Assembly: GCA_049971295.1 (NCBI GenBank)
Contig: JBMFLH010000034.1
Span: 1 to 18,970, forward strand
Length of the DNA stretch: 18,970 bases
Source of the DNA: Candidatus Ratteibacteria bacterium
GTDB lineage: Bacteria; Ratteibacteria; UBA8468; B48-G9; DTJG01
Direction of reading: 5' to 3'
Made by a program: the position numbers and the translations under genes. Shown here one piece after another: positions 1 to 8,532 of this stretch. The notes under the pieces are model-generated. The model worked only from the letters and a program-made list of their open reading frames with translations, had not been told where the DNA came from and did not search any database. Numbering within the stretch: the first letter of the stretch is position 1; each line of letters opens with the position of its first letter.

Positions 1-779
1 ATGCTCGGACCTATCTTGACCTCTACCATCTGACCTTTCTTGATATACCCCGGTGTCTTCTTCTTGACTCTCTTGCTTCTCATTTACCTGAATGTTTGCT
101 GAATATATCCCAAAATTTATAAAATTTACTGCCCATTCAAAACTATCATATCTGCGAATGTGTACCTCAAGTATACCATAATCAGGTAATATCCCGCTTA
201 CATAACAGTACTCCCCATCAGGCACTGCGGTAATCCACTGGCTCCATGGCAAAACCCATTCACATTCATCATATTGAAAATCTTCTGGCTTTACTTTTGC
301 CCTGTATATCTTGGTCTCTCCTGTGAAAAATTCACCTACTACCGGTGTCTCTGACCAGCAACTGTCTCCATTGACTATCTCTACATCAAATACTGTCAGA
401 TATTCTTCTGCATAATAGATGGTACCTGGTTGATTGTCTGGTGTGAATCCTACTTGAACTACTATATCCCATGGCGTATCACTAACTTCTATCGGTTCTA
501 TCCATACATATTCATTATATTGCCATGTGATGTGCGCCTTATCTGCTCCCTGAATGATCTCCCACTGGTAACTACCATGTTGCTCTGGAAATACCAATGC
601 TTCTAATCCTATCCCCATTCCTACCAGAGGCATACTTGTTGGTCCCATGATCATCACCAATGGACCATCCTGCAGAATATTAACCCCTCTATCTGTACTA
701 CCATCATAATATCCCATACTTACCATCGCAAAAAAAATATCAAAAGGAAAATACTTAAGTGAAATTTCTTGCTCTTCAT
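1..779 (-). pseudogene. Frameshifted (or phase-variable) gene for a putative secreted/surface protein, 3' end outside the window
   Basis: Translated by hand; absent from the ORF track because it runs off the edge. SD AAGGAG (790-785) precedes ATG at 779, giving MKSKKFHLSIFLLIFFLRW* (stop 722-720). A second frame is open from 807 to position 1 (AMVSMGYYDGSTDRGVNILQDGPLVMIMGP...). Adding one T to the T8 run (A8 at 730-737 on +) joins them into MKSKKFHLSIFLLIFFFAMVSMG..., a typical Sec signal peptide followed by an acidic, W/Y/V-rich region. Confidence 0.75.
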
Positions 780-804
780 AGATTCTCCTTGTTTTCTTAA
801 TTTG

Positions 805-831
805 ATATTACCCCCCAGAGATTTTTGTCAA
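805..831 (-). promoter_or_regulatory. Candidate sigma70 promoter for the secreted-protein gene, with a G6 tract in the spacer
   Basis: The minus strand reads TTGACA(831-826)-aaaatctctgggggg-TAATAT(810-805). The spacer is 15 nt, shorter than the optimal 17. Confidence 0.45.
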
Positions 832-867
832 GATATGATAAAAGTTTCAACAAAAAGATCATCAGTG

Positions 868-897
868 TTCAGTAATTTATACCATTTAAGGTATAAT
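868..897 (+). promoter_or_regulatory. Sigma70 promoter of glycerate kinase-mfd, probably leaderless
   Basis: Perfect TATAAT at 892-897, 7 nt before ATG 905. Weak -35 (TTCAGT 868-873). No SD sequence before the ATG. Confidence 0.55.
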
Positions 898-904
898 ATT
901 ACTT

Positions 905-2044
905 ATGAAAATCCTGATATGCCCTGACTCGTTCAAGGGGTCCCTCAGTGCAAAAGAAGTGGCAAATACTATCCGGGTAGCAATGGGTAAAATTTTGCAG
1001 GATGCGACATTTAGCAGTATACCCATGGCAGATGGCGGTGAAGGAACTGTGGATGCACTTTTATCAGCGCTTGGCGGAAAAAAATTCAAAGTATCTGTAC
1101 TTGACCCTCTTGGAAGAAAAATCACAGCGGAATATACCCTGCTTTCTGATGGTACTGGAGTGATGGAGATGGCGTCTGCCAGCGGATTACCTTTGTTGAA
1201 GGCAGACGAAAAAAATCCCCTCATTACATCAACTTATGGAACAGGGCAGATAATTATTGAGATGGTAAAAAAGAAAGTAAAACATATTCTTGTTGGTGTG
1301 GGTGGAAGTGCTACTGTGGATGGTGGAATGGGAATGGCAAAGGCACTCGGAGTGAAGTTCTATTCAAAATCAGGGAAAGAATTAAAAGAAGGCGGCGGAT
1401 TCCTTGGACACCTTGCAAAAATAGATGTTTCTGGTATCAATCAGGATGTATTGAAAACAAAAGTCACTGTGCTTTGCGATGTCAACAATCCACTAACTGG
1501 GAAATATGGCGCAAGCAGGGTATTTGGTCCCCAGAAGGGGGCAACAGAAACAATGGTTGAGTTACTTGACAGAAACCTTCATCATTACGCCGCCATTATT
1601 AAAAAACAATTAAAAAAAGATATTGAATTGATTCCCGGGGCAGGTGCTGCTGGTGGCCTTGGGGCAGGTCTTGCTGCTTTTCTAAATGCAAATCTTGTTG
1701 AGGGAGCCAAATACATTGCTGAAAAAATTCAACTTGAAAGACACATCAAAGAATCAGATATCATTATCACGGGCGAAGGGAAAATTGATAGTCAGATAAA
1801 ATTCGGGAAAACCATTCTACATGTGATTGAAACAGCAAAAAGACACAAAAAACCGGTCATTGCTCTGTGCGGTCAGAAGACAGATGATACTAAGTTTCTG
1901 CACAAGGCAGGTCTGACGGCAATTTTCTCTATAGTGTGGGGTCCTGTTTCCCTTGAAGAAGCAATAAAGAAGGCAAAACTTTATCTTCAAACCACATCAA
2001 GGGAAATCGCCTGTTTAATAAAATGTTTCTCTCAGATCAACTGA
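905..2044 (+). CDS. garK: Glycerate kinase (GarK/GlxK family)
   Basis: 379 aa with the family motifs PDSFKGSL, PMADGGEGT, GVGGSATVDGG, FGPQKGA, GAGAAGGLGAG and ITGEGKID. Confidence 0.95.
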   Translation: MKILICPDSFKGSLSAKEVANTIRVAMGKILQDATFSSIPMADGGEGTVDALLSALGGKKFKVSVLDPLGRKITAEYTLLSDGTGVMEMASASGLPLLKADEKNPLITSTYGTGQIIIEMVKKKVKHILVGVGGSATVDGGMGMAKALGVKFYSKSGKELKEGGGFLGHLAKIDVSGINQDVLKTKVTVLCDVNNPLTGKYGASRVFGPQKGATETMVELLDRNLHHYAAIIKKQLKKDIELIPGAGAAGGLGAGLAAFLNANLVEGAKYIAEKIQLERHIKESDIIITGEGKIDSQIKFGKTILHVIETAKRHKKPVIALCGQKTDDTKFLHKAGLTAIFSIVWGPVSLEEAIKKAKLYLQTTSREIACLIKCFSQIN

Positions 2045-5001
2045 AAGCGCTGAAATCTTCAGAACTCTGGCTGGATACTTTTAAAAAAATAAAAAATCCG
2101 CAGAGACTTCATATTTGCGGAGCAAATTATGGTTTTCTTTCATTTCTTGTTTCCAGTTTTTATTTTGCTCAACCAGACACAATTTTTTTGCTAATTTGTC
2201 CGGACCCAGAAATCGCAGAGACATTTTACGCAAATATCCAGACGTTTTTACCTGACTGTGTATTTCTCTTTCCTGAAAGAGATGTACATCTTCCACCTGA
2301 CCACCCTGTTCAGGCAAAAGAAATAGAAAGGGTAAAAACCCTTGCCGATATCTGTGAAAAACAAAGAGGTGTTGTGATTACTTCAATCCAGGCAATTTCA
2401 GTTTCAATTCCTTCTGTCTCTGATTTCCTTTCCCATATCATTGAAATAAAGCCAGGTGCTGAAATACCACGCTCAAAACTTATTGCGCGATTGGTGGCTT
2501 ATGAGTATGAAGAAGTATCTGTTGTGGAAAATCCTGGTGAATTTTGCAGAAGGGGTGGAATTATTGACTTTTTCCCATTTGGGCAGCAACCAATTAGGGT
2601 TGAATTTTCCGCAGACACTGTCCAATCAGTAAGAACATTTGATGTGCGAAATCAAATGTCAACAGGAAAAATTGAGGCATGTAAACTTCTTTCATTGAAC
2701 GAAAGTTTTATCAGCGTTGAAAACAATGCCACTCTCTTTGACTATGCGGGAACAAATGCTCTGATTTTTTCATACGGTGCAAGGGCGTTCGAAGAAAAAT
2801 ACAAAAGGACTTGTGAAATATGCCATCGTTCATTGAAAAAGGATATTATTGAGCAAAAAATTCTGGATAAGTACTTTGCCAGTTCAATTCAACTCGAGAT
2901 TGAAGTACCTGCTGACGCAGAAATCGATAAAATCATAGTGTTTCCTGTGGATAGCCCAACAAGGTTTGGTTTTATAAAAGAACAATTTGTATGGAATCCA
3001 GTAAAAGATGAAAAGATATTCATCGTTGAAGAAAATAAAACGCATAGAGAAAATTTAAAAAAAATCCTTTCTGAACACAGTGTACGCATAGACGATAGTC
3101 AATTTCTTGATGGCTATCTTTCACATTCCTTTACATATCCTGGTATAAATTTAACACTTCTCAATACCCCCACAATCTTTAATGTGAAACCAGGAAGAGC
3201 TCTTCGCAGGTTTATGGAATCAGCGCCTGTAAGTCAAAGAGAAGAACTCGAAATAGGAGATTATGTTGTCCACTATCAGCATGGTATTGCAAAATTTGAT
3301 GGATTTGAAAAAATTGGACCAGAAGACGAGGAATTTATAAAACTTGAATTTGCGGACAGAGAAAAACTATATCTTCCATTGAGTGATATTGACTTCATCC
3401 ACAAATACATTGGAACAAAGGAAAATCCCGCTCTCAGCAAACTGGGTAGTAAGAACTGGATAAGAATAAGAGATAGTGTAAGAGAAGGAATCAGAAACAT
3501 TGCTGATCAACTTTATAAACTCTATATTGAAAGAAAACGCGGCACAGGTATTGTATATCCTGAAGATGATGAATTGCAAAGAATGCTTGAAGAATCTTTT
3601 CCGTACCAGGAAACTTTTGACCAGCTCAGGGCAATGGAAGAAATAAAAAGCGACCTTCAAAGTGGAAAAATTATGGACCGACTTCTTTGCGGGGATTCAG
3701 GCTATGGAAAAACAGAACTTGCTGTACGCGCTGCCTTCAAGGTCGTTTCTGGTGGAAAACAGGTGGCAGTACTGTGTCCGACGACTGTGCTTGCACAGCA
3801 GCATTTAAGAACTTTCAAACAGAGAATGCACGGTTTTCCTATCAATATTGAAATGCTTTCACGATTGTATCCAGATTTAAAACAAAAAAGAATTCTTGAA
3901 AATCTTGCAAAAGGAAACATTGACATCATCATAGGTACTCACAGAATTTTACAGGATGATGTAATATTCAAAGATCTTGGATTGCTTGTGATAGATGAAG
4001 AACAGAGATTCGGCGTTGTTCAAAAAGAAAAACTCAAAACAAAATTCAGGAACGTTGAAGTATTAACCCTGACCGCTACCCCTATTCCAAGAACACTGTA
4101 TCTCTCACTTTCTGGATTGAGGGATATCATCCTTCTTGAAACCCCTCCTGCTGGAAGATTATCGGTTGCCACATACATCGGCAGATACAATGATACCATA
4201 GTAAAAATGGCTATCATTAATGAACTTGAAAGACAGGGGCAGGTCTTTTATCTTCATAATAGAATCTATGACATAGCAAGGGTAAAAAATAAGCTTCAGC
4301 AGATGTTTCCTGCCACAAATATTGCAATCGCCCATGGACGAATGAAGGAACATGAACTTGCCGCTGTGATGGAAGATTTTGCTGATGGGAACATTCAAAT
4401 ACTTGTTGCAACAACCATTGTTGAAAATGGACTTGATGTTCCTAATGCAAACACCCTCATTGTTGATGATGCCCATCGTTATGGACTGGCAGACCTTTAT
4501 CAACTCAGGGGAAGGGTTGGTAGATACAAGGTAAAGGCATATGCATACTTCCTCATACCACAGCATCTACAGGTGGCAGGTCAGGTAAAAGAAAGATTGA
4601 AGGCGCTGGGAGAACTTGTTAAACCAGGCAGTGGAATGAAAATTGCATTGAGAGACCTGCAAATCAGGGGCGCCGGCGATATACTTGGGAAAAAACAAAG
4701 CGGTTACATCAATCAGGTAGGATTCCAGCTTTACTGCAGATTCTGGAAGGAAATTTCTTCACAATATACTGGGGAGACAGTGTCTGGACCAGAAGTAAAA
4801 CCAGTGATGCGTGGTTTTATTGATTCAGAGTGGATTCCTGCTGCAGGGTTAAGATTTGAGTTATATAAAAGAATTTCAGAAATCCAAAACATCCAGCAGG
4901 CAAGAAAAATCCTCGAAGAAATGGAAGATCGATTTGGCAATGTTCCTGAAAAGGTGAAAACACTGATCCTTTCACAGGCAAATAAAAATTCTTTTGACTG
5001 A
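2023..5001 (+). CDS. mfd: Transcription-repair coupling factor Mfd (compact, shortened C-terminus)
   Basis: UvrB-homology segment (GEFCRRGGIIDFFP), RNAP-interaction domain (GDYVVHYQHGIAKF), SF2 motifs GDSGYGKT, DEEQRFG, TATPIPRT and QLRGRVGR, TRG motif RDLQIRGAGDILG, and the start of the TRCF domain (RFELYKRI...DRFG). Overlaps garK by 22 nt. Confidence 0.96.
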   Translation: MFLSDQLKALKSSELWLDTFKKIKNPQRLHICGANYGFLSFLVSSFYFAQPDTIFLLICPDPEIAETFYANIQTFLPDCVFLFPERDVHLPPDHPVQAKEIERVKTLADICEKQRGVVITSIQAISVSIPSVSDFLSHIIEIKPGAEIPRSKLIARLVAYEYEEVSVVENPGEFCRRGGIIDFFPFGQQPIRVEFSADTVQSVRTFDVRNQMSTGKIEACKLLSLNESFISVENNATLFDYAGTNALIFSYGARAFEEKYKRTCEICHRSLKKDIIEQKILDKYFASSIQLEIEVPADAEIDKIIVFPVDSPTRFGFIKEQFVWNPVKDEKIFIVEENKTHRENLKKILSEHSVRIDDSQFLDGYLSHSFTYPGINLTLLNTPTIFNVKPGRALRRFMESAPVSQREELEIGDYVVHYQHGIAKFDGFEKIGPEDEEFIKLEFADREKLYLPLSDIDFIHKYIGTKENPALSKLGSKNWIRIRDSVREGIRNIADQLYKLYIERKRGTGIVYPEDDELQRMLEESFPYQETFDQLRAMEEIKSDLQSGKIMDRLLCGDSGYGKTELAVRAAFKVVSGGKQVAVLCPTTVLAQQHLRTFKQRMHGFPINIEMLSRLYPDLKQKRILENLAKGNIDIIIGTHRILQDDVIFKDLGLLVIDEEQRFGVVQKEKLKTKFRNVEVLTLTATPIPRTLYLSLSGLRDIILLETPPAGRLSVATYIGRYNDTIVKMAIINELERQGQVFYLHNRIYDIARVKNKLQQMFPATNIAIAHGRMKEHELAAVMEDFADGNIQILVATTIVENGLDVPNANTLIVDDAHRYGLADLYQLRGRVGRYKVKAYAYFLIPQHLQVAGQVKERLKALGELVKPGSGMKIALRDLQIRGAGDILGKKQSGYINQVGFQLYCRFWKEISSQYTGETVSGPEVKPVMRGFIDSEWIPAAGLRFELYKRISEIQNIQQARKILEEMEDRFGNVPEKVKTLILSQANKNSFD

Positions 5002-5060
5002 AAAAGTAAAATATGTTTTATTAAACACAGCCATTTAATTTTAAACAGTGGAGGAGAATT

Positions 5061-6020
5061 ATGCCAGCAAAATTTAATTTTCATCCAGCCGAGTTTTTAC
5101 CATTCAAAGATATCAAGGTGATTGAAAAGGTAAGAAAAATAAAAAAAGCCGATATTTGCAAACATCCGAATAAGAACTTCAAAATTAGCGTCATAGAAGA
5201 CCAGACAGCATTTGTCTTTGCATGGGCGCTTCACATTGTAAGTGGAATCAAGAAAGCCCTTGAAGAAGAAAAAAGGCATGTCATCATTCTTCCTGCGCCA
5301 AATCCCCAGTACGCGCTTGTTGCTGAAATGATTAACCAATTGAATATTTCCTGTAAGCATGTACACACTTTTAATATGGACGAGTACGCAGACGAAAACG
5401 GAAACACAGCTCCAAAAGATTGGAAAGGCGGTTTTCAATACTGGATGTGGCACGATTTTTTCAATCGCATCAAACCCGAACTTAGAATGCCAGAAAAACA
5501 GATACATTTTCCGAGCACAAAAAATGTCAGATATTACAGCAAATTGATTGAAGACCTCGGTGGAGCTGACATCTGCTATGGTGGAATTGGATGGTGCGGG
5601 CACATCGCCTTTTTTGAACCGCATCTTGGTATTGATTATGTCAATCACATTGAAGATTACCTTCAGATTGGCTCAAGAATCGTTGATCTTCATCCCATCA
5701 CATTGTGTCAGAACAGCCTTTTTGCTGATGCTGGTTGTTCTGGTGATATTGCGGCATGTCCGCCAAAGGCAGCGACAATAGGACCAAGGGATCTGAAAAA
5801 TTCTAAACTGGTAAGTTTCTGGAATGGTTTTTCTTATGGAGATGTATCCTGGCAAAGGTTTATTTCACGGCTTGCAGCGCACGGACCTGTTAGTCCACTT
5901 GTTCCAGCAAGTATTCTTCAGATACTAAATAGTGAACTAACTCTTTCAGGTAGTGTTGCTGAGGACTGTAAAACTGAAACAGGCGAAAGACGTATCCCGA
6001 TAAAATTTCCTGAACAATGA
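5061..6020 (+). CDS. Glucosamine-6-phosphate isomerase/deaminase (NagB/6PGL) superfamily protein, divergent
   Basis: Strong SD GGAGGAG. Motifs HTFNMDEY, GGIGWCGHIAFFEP and PASILQ resemble NagB (FNLDEY, GIGxNGHIxFNEP, PASxLQ), but the protein is longer and diverged. Confidence 0.75.
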   Translation: MPAKFNFHPAEFLPFKDIKVIEKVRKIKKADICKHPNKNFKISVIEDQTAFVFAWALHIVSGIKKALEEEKRHVIILPAPNPQYALVAEMINQLNISCKHVHTFNMDEYADENGNTAPKDWKGGFQYWMWHDFFNRIKPELRMPEKQIHFPSTKNVRYYSKLIEDLGGADICYGGIGWCGHIAFFEPHLGIDYVNHIEDYLQIGSRIVDLHPITLCQNSLFADAGCSGDIAACPPKAATIGPRDLKNSKLVSFWNGFSYGDVSWQRFISRLAAHGPVSPLVPASILQILNSELTLSGSVAEDCKTETGERRIPIKFPEQ

Positions 6021-7024
6021 AAATGAACATCAACCTTAAAGAAAAAATTATTGATATCCATTCACATTCTGGTGTTTCCCTTAAAGCGTATATGAACCAG
6101 GAATATCCGTATGCAGAAACCATTGAAGGACTGGCATTCAGACAGGAAACATATGGGATTGATGTCAATGTCGTGTTTCCTATGTCTTCTGATTTATTTT
6201 TTGACTTATATTACTTAAAAAAAGGTATATGTAAAAGCGCAAAAAGAGCCCTGTCTCCTGTCCCCTATGAAATTGAAAATTCTCTCTTACTGAAAGAAGT
6301 GTATAGTTTTTGTCCTGAATATGAAGGAAGATTTATTCCCTTTATTTCTGTTGACCCTGGTAGAGTAGTGAAAAAACAGGTAAAAAATATCCTGAATTTT
6401 GAAAAACAATACAAAATTTACGGAATAAAAATCGTCCCCGTAATATGCCAATCAAGTATTCTTTGCCTGCTTGATGAAGGAAAAGTATTTATTGACATTG
6501 CACGAGAAAGAAATTGGCCACTATTGATTCACACAACTGTTCACAAAGAAGAAAAATTTTCTCACGCGCGACTTGTTTTTAAGGTGATAGAAAAAAATCC
6601 TGATGTAAGGTTCTGCCTTGCGCATTGCATCGGATTTGATAAAAATTATCTTAACCTTGCTGATAGCATGGACCATGTATGGGTTGATACTTCTGCATTG
6701 ACAATTCAGGTCCAACTCGCAAGAGAAAATCATCCTATTGCTGCGCCAGAAAAAGACAGATTTGACGCTGATTATTCTGACCACAAAAAGGTACTGAGGT
6801 CGCTTGTTGAAGCATTTCCTGAAACAATCATCTGGGGTACTGATACACCTACCTATTCCTATATTGCAAGAAGAAAGCAGGGAACAGGAAAAGATTCTTT
6901 TGTTGAAATATGGCTGAAAGCCACATATATAGACGAGGTAGATGCCCTGAATGTTCTGCCTGAAAACATGAAAATGAACATCGCAAACAAAAACAGTATA
7001 AACTTTCTCTCTGGCGGATTATGA
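6017..7024 (+). CDS. Metal-dependent TIM-barrel hydrolase (Amidohydro_2-like)
   Basis: N-terminal IIDIHSH (HxH), GIKI, LLIH, CLAHCIG, WVDTS and WGTDTP. ATGA overlap with the upstream gene. Confidence 0.8.
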   Translation: MKMNINLKEKIIDIHSHSGVSLKAYMNQEYPYAETIEGLAFRQETYGIDVNVVFPMSSDLFFDLYYLKKGICKSAKRALSPVPYEIENSLLLKEVYSFCPEYEGRFIPFISVDPGRVVKKQVKNILNFEKQYKIYGIKIVPVICQSSILCLLDEGKVFIDIARERNWPLLIHTTVHKEEKFSHARLVFKVIEKNPDVRFCLAHCIGFDKNYLNLADSMDHVWVDTSALTIQVQLARENHPIAAPEKDRFDADYSDHKKVLRSLVEAFPETIIWGTDTPTYSYIARRKQGTGKDSFVEIWLKATYIDEVDALNVLPENMKMNIANKNSINFLSGGL

Positions 7025-7333
7025 AAATCACATTAGATTTTAATGGTAACATCAAAGTATTAGAAGGAAAACATGTACCCCAAGTTGCAGGACCCACAAA
7101 AAGAATTATCACAATATTTAAGAAAACCTGTGGGATGTAAGCCACTGGCTGAAATTGTCAGAGATAAAAAATTGTTCGGCGTTTGTATCGTCATTTCAGA
7201 CCACACAAGAGATGTCCCGAACAAAATTATTCTGCCAGTAGTAATAGATGAATTGTTTGCGTCAGGAGTATCTAAAAAATCCATTTTTATTCTCATAGGT
7301 AATGGTACTCATAGACCAACAACAAAGCAGGAA
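7021..7333 (+). pseudogene. larA: 5' remnant of a LarA-family nickel-pincer-dependent racemase/epimerase
   Basis: ATG 7021 overlaps the upstream stop (ATGA) and reads MKITLDFNGNIKVLEGKHVP. A +1 frameshift in the C4 run 7078-7081 continues into ...LRKPVGCKPLAEIV...CIVISDHTRDVPNKIILP...ILIGNGTHRPTTKQE, matching the LarA N-terminal signatures (PIG..PL, SDxTR, GTHR). About 100 codons remain of a normally ~420-aa protein. Confidence 0.8.
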
Positions 7334-7444
7334 AAGATGGTGGGATATGCAGTTGGTTCAAGTAATTCAATACCAGACTATGTACCGATTGAAAATTATT
7401 TGACAATGCTTGAAACAAATGCAAAATATGGTTTTATTTCATAA
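7327..7444 (+). pseudogene. 3' remnant of a uroporphyrinogen decarboxylase (URO-D/MtaA) family gene
   Basis: GYAVGSSNSIPDYVPIENYLTMLETNAKYG* matches the C-terminal motif of URO-D/methyltransferase-family proteins (GGYILxSxxSIxxxVPxENYxAM). Removing one G at 7342-7344 restores AGKDGGYAVG. Confidence 0.65.
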
Positions 7445-7459
7445 AGACAGGGAGAAGGT

Positions 7460-8524
7460 ATGAAAATCGAAAATCCATCAAAAAAAGAATATGAAAAAAT
7501 TATGCAGTTTCTTGAAGAATCTTTTGACCATTCAAGAGGGTTTTTTCATCTCAGTTTTCCTCAAGCAATGTCAAAAGATACGATGGACTGCGATAATGTT
7601 TTCATCATCAGAGAAAAAAATAGAATTGCATCTCTTGTTGGAATTTTCCCTCAACAAGTTTATTTACGTGGAAGGCAGGCAAATATTGGAGGAATTGGCA
7701 GTGTTTCCACTCACCCTGATTTTAGAAACAGGGGTTACATGAAAATTTTGATGGATTTTTGTATTGATGAGATGAAAAGAAGAAATTACGCATTCTCCAT
7801 CCTTGGTGGAGATAGACAGCGATACAACTTCTGGGGATATGAAACCTGCGGTACAAACGCTGTGATTACTTTTTCCCAGCGATCATTTGAAAAATCAGAG
7901 ATGGCACAAATCCTCCCTACTTTCAGGTACGATGGCTCAGAAGAGATTATTCAGAAAATCAAAGATGTACACGAGGAAATGCCATGTTACATAAAAAGAA
8001 ACACCAAATGGCTCGAAAAATTATTTAACGAAAGAATACACACTCAGCTTTATTACACAAAGAAAGACGACTTTGCGTATGTGGTTGCCATCGGAGAAAG
8101 GACTGAAAGAAAAATTGTTGAAATTGGAGGATGTAAAGAACTCTGGTGTCCGTTGATTTATTCGCTTCTGAAAAGATGGAACAATAATGCAGTGGATGTA
8201 TTATTTCCTGGAAATATTCCAGAATTTAATATCCTGCTTAAACACGCAGCGTGGTTCAGGATTGAACCATTTTTTATGATAAAGATTCTATCGTTTACAG
8301 ATACCATGAAATTTCTTTTCGGAGAGGATTTTCATTATGATTGCATGTTGCAAATGTCTGAAACAAAAGAAGTCATTGGTGATACTGGATGCAAGAAAAT
8401 TATTGAATTTGATGAGAAAACATGGTCAAGAATTCTGTTTGGTCCATCTTTTACAGAAACCCCTGATTGCCTGAGAAAAATCACGCCGGGACAGTTCTAC
8501 TGGTGGTATCTTGACCACATCTGA
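7460..8524 (+). CDS. GNAT-family N-acetyltransferase (Eis-like)
   Basis: SD-like GGGAGAAGG. Acetyl-CoA motif GGIGSVSTHPDFRNRGYM, followed by RYNFWGYE. The 354-aa length fits tandem-GNAT Eis-like proteins. Confidence 0.85.
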   Translation: MKIENPSKKEYEKIMQFLEESFDHSRGFFHLSFPQAMSKDTMDCDNVFIIREKNRIASLVGIFPQQVYLRGRQANIGGIGSVSTHPDFRNRGYMKILMDFCIDEMKRRNYAFSILGGDRQRYNFWGYETCGTNAVITFSQRSFEKSEMAQILPTFRYDGSEEIIQKIKDVHEEMPCYIKRNTKWLEKLFNERIHTQLYYTKKDDFAYVVAIGERTERKIVEIGGCKELWCPLIYSLLKRWNNNAVDVLFPGNIPEFNILLKHAAWFRIEPFFMIKILSFTDTMKFLFGEDFHYDCMLQMSETKEVIGDTGCKKIIEFDEKTWSRILFGPSFTETPDCLRKITPGQFYWWYLDHI

Positions 8525-8532
8525 AAATCAAT

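Noticed and set aside
4994..5024. Promoter or operator before the NagB-like gene (TTGACT; TAAAATATGTTTTA dyad)
   Set aside because: No good -10 at 16-18 nt spacing, and AT-only dyads arise easily by chance in this composition.
7073..7444. 123-aa ORF as a genuine small protein
   Set aside because: Better explained as frameshifted larA fused to a URO-D-family tail. The original start is at 7021.
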